Shown piece after piece: positions 12,710-24,715 of a DNA stretch of 64,000 bases; the first letter of the stretch is position 1; the number at the start of each line of letters is the position of its first letter. The position numbers and the translations under genes were made by a program. Location of the stretch: contig CAJINV010000025.1 in assembly GCA_905178155.1 (NCBI GenBank), forward strand, positions 102,453 through 166,452, read 5' to 3'. The notes beneath the pieces are model-generated. The model made no database searches and was not told where the DNA came from. It saw only the letters and a list, made by a program, of their open reading frames with translations. The DNA comes from Amoebophrya sp. A120. Taxonomy: Eukaryota; Protista; Dinoflagellata.

Positions 12710-12779
12710 CTTTTCATTCAATGTCGTCGTGTGCCATCATGTTGTATGATCCTCTCATTTTTGATAGTGATAAGTAGAT

Positions 12780-13193
12780 TTGAAGTTCTTGATCAAGTTT
12801 GTCATGCGCTTGTTAGGGTGTGTGACATTTTTTTGGAAAGTTCGGTGGCAAAATGGAACACCAGCGTTTTTGTTTGGATACTATGCCGGCAAGGCGGCAA
12901 GAGCGTTCTTGCCACTGAAGATCCTCTTGAGAAAGAAGGGCATCATAACGGAAGAGGAGGACGCGGCCGCAAACAACGCGCTTGATAGCGGCTCTCGGGC
13001 TCCTTTCAAGGACGGGTGGCGGAAGCAGGACCAGAACGGTAGTTCGGGAGATGTTCTTGCACGGGGTGGTGCAGCGTCATCTTCCACGGAAAACGAAAAC
13101 AGTAGCGGAACTTCTTCTACTGCTGCAACCTCAGCTACCGATGAAATCGCAACGAGATCCGAAAAAAGTTTTGAAAGCGTTTTCGACCTTTGA
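12780..13193 (+). CDS. hypothetical ORF or exon
   Basis: 137-codon frame, composition like neighbouring genes; start uncertain. Confidence 0.35.
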   Translation: MKFLIKFVMRLLGCVTFFWKVRWQNGTPAFLFGYYAGKAARAFLPLKILLRKKGIITEEEDAAANNALDSGSRAPFKDGWRKQDQNGSSGDVLARGGAASSSTENENSSGTSSTAATSATDEIATRSEKSFESVFDL

Positions 13194-14857
13194 AAGCCAA
13201 AACTTGGAACAATGCGTACAACTAATTTGATGGTTTGAAGATGATTCAGATCGTTCTTCTTAGCCAGGTCCTCTTAGTGACCGTGCTTGAGCAAGGCTCT
13301 GCCGCGAGGCTAGCGAAAACTCTAGAATAAATTTTGCGAAAAATTATATATCCAGTATTCGTTCTTTTCAAGCCAATCGCCTTGCTGAAAACAAACGTTC
13401 TCCGTCTTGCACATAAATGTTGCGTGATGCTCGTATTGTAATTGCTTTATCGCGAGCTTTTCAACAACGCCCCTGAGGAAGGCTACGGGATGCAATACCG
13501 CACGGCGACTCAACGTCGTTGGCCCAAGCGTTTGTTGTTGTTCGTTCTGTCTTGCGTTTAGTCAACTACCCCAGGATGTCGAGAGTTGGCAAAATCCAGA
13601 ACTCAAATCAGCCTGTGTTGAAGTGCATCTCAGCCAAAGAACTTCATCTCAGTGTACGCTTATAATGTTGCGCACACTAATGTGCTCGATACTTCACAAT
13701 GTACGCGGCCATGGGAGCGAGAGAAGCTTAGTACCCCGCAAAGCAAATCAAGTATAAAAGTGCTCTACTCGTCCCATACAATATCCATTTTCATTTGACG
13801 ACCCTCTCTTTGCGGATTGGTTCTTTTCTGCAGAGGTTTAGATGCCAAGAACAACCGCTCTAGCACGTAAAATCAAAATAGGATAGTAAATAACGGACGG
13901 AGCTCGGAAATTATGAAATATAGGATGAAGGAGACGAGGACGGGTTTACACAGCCAGAGCCATTACCTCTAAGATGCGTCTCCGAGCGTTGGCTTACCGA
14001 TTGGGCAATCCTTGGAAGCTTTTCGCCTCAAAATGAGTTTTTCTTTTTGCTGCGTCGCCAGCTGCTCCCTGCAACGTCTGCCCCATCCTTGTGCGCTACG
14101 ATAGTCAGGTTTTCTGTACAGTGAGAGTGGCCGCGGCTATAGTCTTTCCCACTGACATTTTGGTTTTGGAAATAACGAAACGCAAACCAAAAGGCGGTGG
14201 AAAGGCTGTTGCTTCCGCAGACATTTGGTACTACACCTTACTTCACTTTTCTTTTCATCGTGTAAACGCAATTCCAGATGTAGAAGATGGTGCGGTCGGC
14301 TGATTTTTTTTTTGTGTCTTGAATTATCTCGAACTCGAGGGGTATGTTTTTCTTCGGTTATTTTTGCCTTTGGAGTCGTTGCTGCCGTTTTGTTTTTCGC
14401 CAGATAGACTGTCTTTGAATTTTCGTGCGTGCGAGTACGAGTGTTTTGTAATTGATGTATTTCTGTATGCGACGGGGTTGTCGTAGAATGTAGGGTCAGT
14501 CGTCACAACAAAAAAACAGGTTCTTGGGTCGTGCGTGAACGAGACTACGTCGATAGATTTTCAACTTCATCCTCTTGTCAGATCGCTTGTGCAGCTGAAG
14601 CCGACAAACGAAAGAAGCTACTTGCGATACAACATCAGGAATCATTCTTCCTCCTGTTGCCGTTGGCAGAAACGAGGTGAGACCAAGTCTGTGCCCTTGC
14701 CCATTGTACTAGGTCCTTCATCTTTTCTTCCGGCAAGGTACTTGAAGTTTTCTCGACTAAAAGCACCTATTCCGGGCTTGGTCATCATCCCAGCGGATCA
14801 AAGAATATCAAACTCTCATCTTCAACACCCTCGAATCAAGAAAAAGACAACAGAATC

Positions 14858-17127
14858 ATGATGGACGGACCAGCAGATGATGGAGACAAAGAACACGAGC
14901 CCATTCAGGGCCCGGATTCCTCCACGGGCCCCATGAAGGACGGCCCGAGCCCCGATGACTTGGTAGAGACGCGAGAGCCAGGTACCAGCAAAGATGCACC
15001 AGCTTCAGCTTTATTCCGTCGTCCAAGAGAGCGTCCAAGAGAGCAGTCAGGGTTATTCCGTCGTCCAAGAGAGCAGCAGCACGACAGCAAGTCCTCCTAC
15101 GGCTCTGCCGGGAGCGCTGGACACCCGGACGGGGGGGCAGATTTAGTAAACGTAGCTACAGCGCCCGCGTCCTCCTCCATCAGCGAGCCGAAGAACCCGA
15201 ACGGGATGACTACCTCGACGGCGGTCAAGATTGCGAGCTCCATGACCACCGCGGCCGATGCCGGACTTGGTTCTCGGACTACAGGGACATCAAAACAAGA
15301 CCACGTGTCCGCACCTCCCCCCGCCCAGGATCCTGCGCCAACATCCGTGATCGCTCCTGCCGCAGCTTCCGCGTCAACTCTCGTCTCCTCGTCTTCCTCC
15401 GCACCTGACGCGGGCGCGGACCAACATCGCGGTGACGGGACTACTTCTCTGACGAAAAAGTTGCTGACCCTGATCTCTGAAGGCTATGCATTGCAAATAT
15501 GTCGGGCTCTGGATTTGTCATGCAAATTTGATGGCAGGCCATATTTATCTGTTTCTGTATAAGCACAACGAAATGCGGTTGAGCAACTTGCGCTTCTTTG
15601 TCGTACGGGAAACCAGGTTGGTGTCATGCGTTCTACGAATATGTGAATCTGCAATGAGCCACCCAGAATTTGTAATGCTGCTATGCCGTACAAGAGGCTA
15701 CTCTGCCATGCAAATGCAAGCTTCAACAACATAACTTTCCAGACCCAGACATGTTTGCAATACATATCCCCGTGCTCAACGAGGAGGAGCAACACGCGCT
15801 GGCACGAACGATCTCCGGCAAGATCGGTGCTGAAGAACCGGTGGGTTCACTCACCGAGGAGTTGAGGGAGCGGTGGAAGATGATGAATGCGTCCACCGCA
15901 AGAGGTGTGGCGGCTAATAAGGCCAAACTCCAGCAGGACGACTCCCCCGATGGACAGGTCGACGCGGTAGAATTTACGGAGCAACAACTTCTGCGCAGCA
16001 ACCAGGGGGGCCGCAAACTTGTTATGCAAGTGAGAAATCATCAATCGTAGTTGTGCCGACTTCGACTTCCTCTCTACCCCACCCGATTTCTGTATAATTC
16101 TTGTTGAAAGTAGACTAAGTATTTCGCAAAGAAACTACTGTACGCATAATTGATGAGGGTGTCAACGGTCATCTACCAACTGCCTGTGCCATCGGTGGGT
16201 CCATGCAGGTTTTTGCGGATGGGGTAAAGATAAAGTAGAGTTCAGTTGGCAACACAGTTTTTCCTCGGAATACTGAGAATCAACAAAGGAGTGCTCGGTG
16301 TTCAATTGCAGGCCACGGTTGGCGAAGGTGTGCTGGAGGATCAGATCTTCGACGCACTTGTGGGAACGCTGAAAAGTTCAGTCCAAGAGTGCCGCCAAAA
16401 GGGTGACGCAATGAAAGACGAACTGGAGAAAATGCAGGAAGCCCTCGATGATGCCCGCCAACAGAATGAGGAACGGCGCCAACAGGATGAGGAACAACGC
16501 CAACAGAATGAGGAACGTCTGAAAATTCAGGAAGAGAAAACCCGCGACCTAGAAGCGGGGAAAAAAAACACCGACAGGCAACTCAAAAACACCGAGAGGC
16601 AGCTTAAGGGGCTACAAGATGCGAAGAGGCAGGACCAGGAAAGAATCGCGCAGCTTGAGCAGGCGAAGGCTCATCAAGACAAGCGGACGGCCGCGCTTGA
16701 ACTTGCCGAGCAGCGGCGCACGGCGTTCGAGCACGCGCAGTACCAGCTCGGCGAGATTGCCAGCATGCTGGAGATTTTCTTCAAGGATCCGGAGTGGCAC
16801 GCGTGGGACGAAACCGTCGAGGACGCGGAAATTTTGCGGGAAATTAAAAGGGTCTTAGACGAAGTGCTTTCCAAGTGGAGCTTCGAGCAACATACGGTGG
16901 TGCGGGAGTTGGACAGACTGTGGCGAAAGATCCGGAAGCCGAGTAATCACTGGCGCATCGTCATGTGCTCCGAGGTGTTCGAACAGTGTTTGCTCGCGTA
17001 CGCGGTACATGTGGAAGCAGTCCGGGCGGCTAAGGGGGTGCTCAAACCGGAAACGAAAGGCGTGCTCCAAGTGGTTTTATCAACTGCAGAGATGTCTGTG
17101 CCGGGATCATTTCAATCATGTTTGTGA
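14858..17127 (+). CDS. hypothetical coiled-coil protein, 3 exons (introner ~15484-15770; GT-AG intron 16030-16245)
   Basis: Element+5 nt removal gives ..LISEG-VLNEEEQHALA..; CAA|GTGAGA..TTCAG|TTG joins in phase to the 16246 coiled-coil frame. Confidence 0.6.
15485..15766. mobile_element. introner family A, aged; target duplication decayed (aaggc/tcccc)
   Basis: tatgcattgcaaatatgtc...gacatgtttgcaatacata inverted ends. Confidence 0.8.
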
Positions 17128-17391
17128 AGATGCGCCTGTGCCTGACCATGGATCTTGAGACCCAACCTCGATGGCAATCTCGTATACCCAACCTCGATGG
17201 CAATCTCGTATACCCGACAGATTTTTGTACTATTGCTGCCACCGAGACCTAGGGGGCGAGGACTAAGTATTTGTATTTCGCATCACAACTTTGCTCATGA
17301 TTAAATTCCCGGACCCAGATCTATTTGCAATGCATAAGTACTTACTTCGTGGCGTAAGTGGCAAAAGGAGGTCGAGGAGTACGAGGAATCT

Positions 17392-18640
17392 TTGAAGAAC
17401 CCGGTGGAAACGGGACCAGCACCGGAAGTCGAGGAGCCGAATTTTTTTGCCTTGCATCGTCGGCAGCTGAACGAACTGCCCGGAGATGATGCGGCCCCCG
17501 ACGCAAGCAAGAATTCGCAGCTGCAAGTAGAACAGCCGCCAACGCACCATGCAGCACCGGCGCTAGAACAACCACCAGCCACGTTGGGGCCAAAGAAATC
17601 TTCTGTCAATGCCGCGAGGCAGCGCGATGTCCTCGAACGGGGCGGCAAAACCTCTTCCGCTGAGCAGCAGAACAAGAAGCCCGCGACCTCCTTGTTTAGT
17701 AAGCCACACAAACTTTTTTCCGCTCTCTGGTGCTCCAGGGCTGTTTGCAGGAGGAACCTCGTACTAATTCATTTTTGTCATGCAACTGATAAAACCACAT
17801 CATGCACGTCATTGACATTGTAGTCTGAGCGCAGCTGCACCACGCGCATATCAAAACTATTCCTGTAGAACTGCACTATTCAGTGTGACATTCCTTCTGC
17901 ACACAGACTTTGGTCGGAGACCGGACCGTTTGTTGTTGATAACGAAGCCGGCAAGTCGCGTCGCCGCTGGCCCGAGTACAACCGGAGCATCCGGATCTTC
18001 AAGCAGCTCTGGGGGAAATAGCAAACTGGGCAACAACTACACCAGTGCGAAGGAACCAGTGTCGGCGAAGGTGGGATCGATGCCTTTGCGGCACAAGCCA
18101 CTGCACGAGCCGAAGTACAAGCGAGAGCCGTTCTTTGCGAAGATTTTTGATAAAGCGACTACCTCCTCCTTTGCGCAGAACCGTCCGGCGTGGGCGTTGA
18201 AGCACGTCGGGGCGAGCGGCAAGAGCAACGCGCCGGCGGGCGAGTCCGGGGCGTCGAGCTCGTCCTCTTCCACCTCCAGGTTGGCCCAGAACAAGTCGGG
18301 ACGCGAAGCCTCGACGGGGCGAAGCGGGGCCGCATTAGAAGAGCCATCGGCCCTTCTTGGACCACGACCGGGGGGCAGTAGTAGTAGCAGTAGCACTGGT
18401 AACACATCTGCTTCCGGCTCCGCCCGGGTCGGGCGCGAAGCGAGAAGTCAAGCAGCGGTCGCGCCGGGCGCCGCGGGGCAACTATACGATCCGCTCACCG
18501 GGAGGCGTGTGGGCGTTTCGACGAAGGCGCCCCGTAGCTGCTCAGCGAAGAACAGGAAACCGCGGGTGGACCTAGTGGCGCCCTGTGATATGAAGCGAGT
18601 GGAGGAGCGGGCCGCGGAGAAAGCCCTACAACAGAAGTGA
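17392..18640 (+). CDS. hypothetical low-complexity protein; two frames (17392-17823, 17885-18640), probably one spliced gene
   Basis: Two GC-rich open frames on +; junctions not resolved. Confidence 0.4.
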
Positions 18641-19913
18641 CCGCTTTCTGTTCATTCACCTAAGGGGAGGACTTAGTCTCGAAGAAGTTGATATTGAAAG
18701 GAAGGCGCGGCTCGAGATCAGGTAAAAGTGAAGTTTTTGTCTTGCAAGCTAAAAAGAAGCGAGTGCGTGTGCGAGACATTGACAGACTGGTCAGAAGTGG
18801 TGCTATTTCTTGATTGATTGAAATCCGAAATAAAATTGAAAAAACAAAACAGTTTCCGTGCAGTATCCAAGGCATCGAAGGCTTGATTCGCAGTGGGGGG
18901 ACCATGAGTGAAGTTCTCTTGACGTCTCTTTCCGATGGTAATTTTACGAAGTTGAGATTCTACGTGCGCAGGGCATGTCATGCCGACGTGTAAAAAATTA
19001 ACAGTGTTTTTGAATTGGAATTCTACAACGTGTGAACTCTACTTGACAGTACAGCTACACGATTCGGCGTTTTCACCTGTTTACAGTTATCTGACAACAA
19101 ATAAAAGTACCAAGAAAACCACACTGACTGACTTTGATTGGTTTTTTGGCGATACAGCTATAAACTAAAAGCAAGAAAAAAAACACAAAACCAAATCATG
19201 ACGAATACCATACAAAGAAGACTCACGATCATAATCAAGATGAAGGGCACTAGAGCAAAAGAGACTGCGAAAAATCTAGAATCATACGATCCGCAACATT
19301 CAAATTTTATCTAATTTTGGTTTTCAGCCTTCTGTCCAATCGTTCTTACATCGCTTTTTTGACTCGCAGCAACGCGAAGCGCCTCGTGTGCGAGCAGTTT
19401 TTTTTTTGCGACTGAAAGGCTCAGTTCGAACAAGCTTTGTGCATCAGTCTCGTGTTCGACTCGCTTATCGGCTTCTCAGTGGTGCTCGTGCACATGAGAG
19501 AGAGATGATTCAAGCCGAACAACTTCACCAGGAGGCAACACGAGAAGAATGATGCTGCCGCGACGAGTGGACAAGGATGTAGCGCTTTCTGCTGAAGCCA
19601 GAATGCTCCAGAATGAGCATTCTGGTTTGCGGATATCAAGTGGTAGAAGAGTCTCTGGATATATCTGGATCTGCAATCCTTCTAGCGCTTTCTTCTGAGA
19701 CCAGAATGGGCATTCTGAGCGCGAGCCTGAATGCTTTTGATTAACAGTAGCGCTTGCTTTGATTCTGATTAGCAGGTGGAGCTTATATAATCGTCGCACC
19801 TTCCATCCTCGTCGTGGTCGTCCTCGCGTAAATACTTACTTGGAAAATTGTCCGGAAAGGATTGTCTTGTCTTCTTCTTGTCCGCGTGAAAAGCGTCGAC
19901 AACACGCTGACCA

Positions 19914-20749
19914 TATGGATTGCAAATATCCCTGGATGTCTCGAAGGATGGAACTTGCGATGCGTCCTGTGGATCTTCTCACAAAAATCTGTCTTGCGCG
20001 ATCACCAAAAGTCGTCCTTTTCTGACCACCATGCGAGGGAGTTCTTTCTCATGCAGGAAGGGCATGATACTACTTAGACACCTCCCAGAATCTGTCATAC
20101 TCGTTGTGGTGAGCATGCACCCTCGGGCACTTCGAGTTTGGTCTATGTCTCTTTATGTGAGCACCTATCAGTCAGCTACATCTCCTGCATGTAGACCCAT
20201 GCTTTTGTAGTTCCTGACTGCTAGGACCCCGTGTGGCTGTAGTCCTTGCCTTTTTTCTGTCCTGTTTTTAGTGGTTCTTTTACCACTTGCGCGCTTGCCT
20301 GCCTCATACTGCCCCGTTCGTTGCACTTCGCCTCGTCACAGATCACACGGAAGTCCTCGTCGATATTTTTAGTCTTACTTTTTTAGCCCCCAATGTACGT
20401 TCCTTCTACTCTCTGTTCGTATACTCTCTGCTCGTTGTCTCTCTATTCTTATTCTAATACTTTTCACTGCTTTATATTTGCATTTTGGAAGTGCGTCTGT
20501 GTTATATACATTAGAAGTGCGTTGGTGCGCCTTGCTTTTCTCCTGTGCACCATCAGAAGTGCACTGAATCGCGAGCGTATGCTATGCTATGCACTTTATG
20601 TCTTTAGGCCTAAGTGCCACCGGGACGTCCAGCCCGTAGCTCCTCGATGTCATGCTAGGTCCTGCATTCCAGACCTTATGAGGCATCGAAATTCTGCATG
20701 ACAAGTTTGGACTCTTCCAGGCATCCAGGGATTATATTTGCAATGGATA
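19914..20749. mobile_element. introner family A-like, TSD gacca/gacca, carrying a nested 549-bp insertion
   Basis: tatggattgcaaatatccctggatg...catccagggattatatttgcaatggata. Confidence 0.85.
20099..20647. mobile_element. unclassified insertion nested in introner, flanked by tgtcat direct repeat
   Basis: tgtcat at 20093-20098 and 20648-20653; family-A internal sequence resumes afterwards. Confidence 0.55.
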
Positions 20750-20797
20750 GACCATGCAGTACTGCGGGCTCTCCGGGAATTGGCCGAAAAAGACTGA

Positions 20798-21059
20798 TAT
20801 CAATTGTAAAAATATCTGGGTCTGGAAGGTTGGACCTTGTGATGCCAACTTTGGACTCTAAAAAAATCTGTATTGCATGACCAGCAGGAGGAGGCTAGTT
20901 TGTGCTACGCAGGGAGGGCATTTGTCATGCGGAGTAGGCATCAGGAAGCCCTCTAAAAATCTGCGATGCTAGGTTATGCATTACAGACATCCTGGGTGAT
21001 GCAAAATATGCATGACAAACCCGGAAACGTTCCAGACCCAGACATTTTTGCATTTGATA
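20798..21059. mobile_element. introner family A, TSD actga
   Basis: TIRs, perfect 5-bp duplication, frame restored. Confidence 0.92.
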
Positions 21060-21103
21060 ACTGAAAAAGACGGCGATTGGGCGACTGAAAACGACGGCAA
21101 TTG

Positions 21104-21382
21104 TATCCTGAGTAAAAACGTCCCCACACCAGAGTTGTAATGCAGATTTGCAAAGACAGGAAGACTTGTAATGCGCATCCCCATGACAGCCATCTCCAAT
21201 CGTGTTTTGGAATTTGTGATGCTGTGAACAGGATGAGCAGATGAATCTGTGACGCGGCTGCACTTGCTAACCTGCACTACACTGCAGAGTGCAACTTGTC
21301 ATGCGTGACTCACAAAACTCCTGGGTTTGTGTTGCAAAATCCCCACCCTGACTCTGGTGTGGGTACGTTTTTACTCAGGATA
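21104..21382. mobile_element. introner family B (aaaaacgtccccac), TSD aattg
   Basis: tatcctgagtaaaaacgt...acgtttttactcaggata. Confidence 0.92.
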
Positions 21383-21403
21383 AATTGGCATAGTACGCTG
21401 ACG

Positions 21404-21681
21404 TATGGATTGCAAAAGTGTCTGGGTCTAAAAGAGTGGAGCTTGTAATGCTGTCTGCGGATAATCATACTTCTAAAAGTAAAAATCTTTGTGTTGCATG
21501 AGCTGCAAGAGGAGACAGTTCTTGGCACGCGGAGAGGGCATTTCTCATGCGTAATTAGCATCAAGAAGCTGTAAAAAAATTATCTGTGATGCTAGCACTA
21601 GCATCACAGACCTCACGGGTCATACCAAATGTGCATGACAAGCCCCGACTCTTCCAGACCCACACACTTTTGCAGTTGATA
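21404..21681. mobile_element. introner family A, TSD tgacg
   Basis: TIRs, perfect duplication. Confidence 0.92.
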
Positions 21682-22132
21682 TGACGGGGAAGGGAGGCGC
21701 GAATTGGTGGTGGAACTGGAAAAAAGAACTCGACGAAGAAGCCCCGGTCCTACCGAAGGACTGGTTTTTCATCCCAAACAGCTGGGGATTCAACACCGCC
21801 AACGTTGCGGAGGGGGATGTGACAAAACCCGGGTTTAACTACGAAGCCGCCGGGTAACGAGCTCGTCCAGGTCGCTCCCCTGTGGATGGGCTGGAACGAG
21901 CCCGACATGTACGGCTTTTGCGTGAGCAACCCGGATGTCAAGCGGCAGTGGAAGGAGGATTGGGTACCCCCTGCAGAAGGCCAACCCCCTACGCAAGTCA
22001 ACTGCAAGGCTCCTTCCGGCCTCGGGTGGTGGAATGAGGATTTAGTAAACGACCCAACCTCGTACATGGCAGCGTGGAAACAAAACCTCAATGCTGCGAA
22101 AAACCTCGGGTACCAAACCACCTCCCCCATGA

Positions 22133-22456
22133 TATCGCGAGGAAAAAATTCCCCTCCCCATATTGAAAAGGTATGTTCCTAAAAATTTGTGATGCTGATT
22201 TGTGACCACGAATCCCGTCTCTCTTGCAAGACGGCAAATTGAAAGAATCCGCCGCCTTATGGCGGCGGTTTGTAATGCTGTTTCACCAACATGGCAGGCC
22301 TCTGCTATGCTAAGCGCCTACAACAAAACACGCCTACGCAGGCTGAGGCTTTGCCTGTAGTGCCTCACTGCAAGAAGACAGGGCTGATTTGTGTACGCAA
22401 TCCAGCAACAGAAGTTTCCGTTTCAATATGGGGAGGGGGGAGTTTTCACTTTGATA
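22133..22456. mobile_element. introner family D (aaaaatccccctccccatat), TSD catga
   Basis: TIRs, perfect duplication. Confidence 0.9.
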
Positions 22457-22786
22457 CATGATGGCGCTCCCTCTGGCTCGAGGCAAGAACGAGGGGGAGG
22501 CGCCGGGAATCGACGACAAACCAACTGGGCTACTTTGGGTGGTTGGGCCCGTTCTTGGACGCAGCGTGCAGCGCGGACTGGGATGCGTGCCCGGATTACA
22601 TCAACTTTCACTTCTACATATATGGGCTGCAACGCGGACACGAGCGGCTTGGAAGGGCGCATGGAGGACGTGAAGTTGCTGATGGAAAAGTACCCGACCA
22701 GCAAAGGGGCGATGCTCACCGAAACGGGAACTTTGCGTCTTCCTACGGACCCAAATAAACACAGCACTTGCGACGAAAAAACCCTG

Positions 22787-22825
22787 ATCGCCGGTATGGA
22801 AGCGATCTTCAAGGTGCTCAACGAT
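22787..22825 (+). repeat. array repeat copy 1 (GH128 exon sequence atcgccggtatggaagcgatcttcaaggtgctcaacgat)
   Basis: Core identical at 24174, 26440 and 28031. Confidence 0.95.
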
Positions 22826-22835
22826 TCCAAGGTGC

Positions 22836-22972
22836 TTCTCATGCAGGATAGACATGAAAGAGACCTCACAGACTCTGTCATGCTAGGTCTCGCATTCCAG
22901 ACCTCAAGGGTCATGGAAAACCTGCATGACAACTTCACACTCTTCCAGACCCAGACATTTTGGCATTTCATA
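22836..22972. mobile_element. right half of a family A introner (start of cargo 1)
   Basis: Right TIR ttccagacccagacattttggcatttcata present, left TIR absent. Confidence 0.8.
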
Positions 22973-23284
22973 GGTGACCGATGTGGGCGACATGAAGACG
23001 CTGACCGTGCCCGGGTACACCCGCGAGGCGGCGGCCAGGGAGGCGAAGCAGATCGCGAGCGCGCACCGGGTATGCACTGCAAAAGTATCGCACTCGTAGT
23101 AATTGCGTTTATGCATTACAAATCTCTTTCTCAAGGTGAACCAGCATTACAAATTTAAGTAATTTAATTTGTAATGCTGGGCTAGTTTGTAATGCAATTT
23201 ATACTAGTACGATCACGATGCTTTTGCATTGCATACCGGGGCGGTAGCTCCTGGAGTCAGTCGATCGCGAATATGAAGAAGTAA
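22973..23284 (+). pseudogene. 3' fragment of a diverged UBE2Q-like copy (cargo 1)
   Basis: VTDVGDMKTLTVPGYTREAAAREAKQIASAHRG..SQSIANMKK* matches 30613-30753; downstream DNA to 24173 matches ~30755-31450 with indels. Confidence 0.9.
23071..23235. mobile_element. introner short family S (tgcaaaagtatcgYactcgta), TSD ccggg; empty site at 30705-30709
   Basis: Filled/empty comparison between paralogous copies. Confidence 0.95.
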
Positions 23285-23700
23285 AAAACGCGGTTCGACA
23301 AGAACCTCTCGATTTGAAGGTCGTATTGAAAATGAAACAGCAACAGTCACGAATTCAAGTGACAAGAGCATCAGAAATTACTCCTCCACCACCTAAAAAA
23401 GCAACATTTCGTTTTATCTTTACGTTTACCACTCCAAGAGCAGCAAATAGCAAGCAGAAGCAAGAGCAGCAAGCTAGCAGCTCCAGAAATGACGCAACGA
23501 CTCAATCGAAACTAGTGAAAACTGGTTTATTATATAAGATTTCCACATCGACAAATCACTTCCTCTCTGCTCACGTGTAGAGACAATTGACAACAAGCTT
23601 AAGTAACTCCCATTTGTTGAAAACGTTTACATCACAGCACTGTTCTACTTAACAAACCCCCTTCGAGCAGCAGGTAGGATGAACAAAACCAACTGTTACT

Positions 23701-23953
23701 TATGGATTGCAAAAATGTCTGGGTCGGGAAGGTTGGAACTTGTAATGCTAGCTTTCCATACCTAGAAAATCTGTATTGCATAACCAACAAAAGTCGCAGC
23801 CTCTTTTGTCATGCAAAAACGCAGTTTCTCATGCGGATTGCCTATGAGAAAGCGTTTTGGGAAGTTGTCATGCCGGACTGCATTCGGAAGTGTCTTCATC
23901 ATGCACATTTTAGCATCACAAATTTCCAGACCCAGACATTTTTACATTTGATA
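23701..23953. mobile_element. family A element in non-coding DNA, TSD ttact; empty site at 31221-31225
   Basis: Filled/empty comparison. Confidence 0.93.
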
Positions 23954-24173
23954 TTACTCTGATCGCAGCGACTCACTCCCTATTCTCAAACTCAATCTTA
24001 TCCGCAATAAAGCAGGCAGATTTCGGTTTTCTACTGTGGATGAAAACCATCTTCACACAGTTTCACTTCCCGGATTATACTAGTATTCGAAGTAGATGTC
24101 TGACTTTGAACGGCCCAGTCTCGCCCCAGACTGGCTCTACAACTACTTCGTCGGCTGGTAAGGCGCAAAAAAA

Positions 24174-24215
24174 ATCGCCGGTATGGAAGCGATCTTCAAG
24201 GTGCTCAACGATCCG
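24174..24215 (+). repeat. array repeat copy 2
   Basis: 42-bp match. Confidence 0.95.
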
Positions 24216-24427
24216 GAGGTGGAGCAGAAGAGGCTGAGGAGGAGAAACCGGCAGGATCCTGCGTACCAGCAAGTCCAATTGGACGACCCGACGGTGATTG
24301 GGAGACCGGAGTTTGATGATATACTGTAAAGGAAGGGCGCCAACATCTTCCTCTTCAATTTGAAGGAGCCACGAGTCAAGAACAACACGACGACAAACGA
24401 CATGATCATCTGAAGAGGTGAAATACG

Positions 24428-24715
24428 TATCCTAAGGAAAAACGTCCCCATCCCAGAGTCAAGTTGGTAGATCTGCAACACAAATCTCCAAGTTTTGGGA
24501 TTTGTGCATGACAAGTTTCCATCTGCAGTGTAGTGGTGGTCAGTAAGGAAAGCCGCATGAGAGAGCCATTTTCTCATCCTGTTGACAGCATTACAAATGC
24601 CCAAAATAAACGGTTGGGAACAATGCCTCTCATGGAGATCCGCATTACAGATCGATTCCTGTCATTGCACATTTGCATTTACAACTCTGGCGTCGGGACG
24701 TTTTTACATAGGATG
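24428..24715. mobile_element. family B element in cargo 2, duplication decayed
   Basis: tatcctaaggaaaaacgtccc...gggacgtttttacataggatg. Confidence 0.8.

Noticed and set aside
17160-17215. Short tandem duplication (similar ones near 10065, 15010 and 39040)
   Set aside because: Ordinary two-copy slippage repeats with no further structure.
23071-23235. Tc1/mariner MITEs with TA target duplication
   Set aside because: The empty site at 30705 has no TA and a 5-bp duplication lies outside the TA.
22973-24173. Processed retrocopy of the E2 gene
   Set aside because: It retains introners and downstream DNA; the terminal A-run is also present in the genomic copy near 31443.
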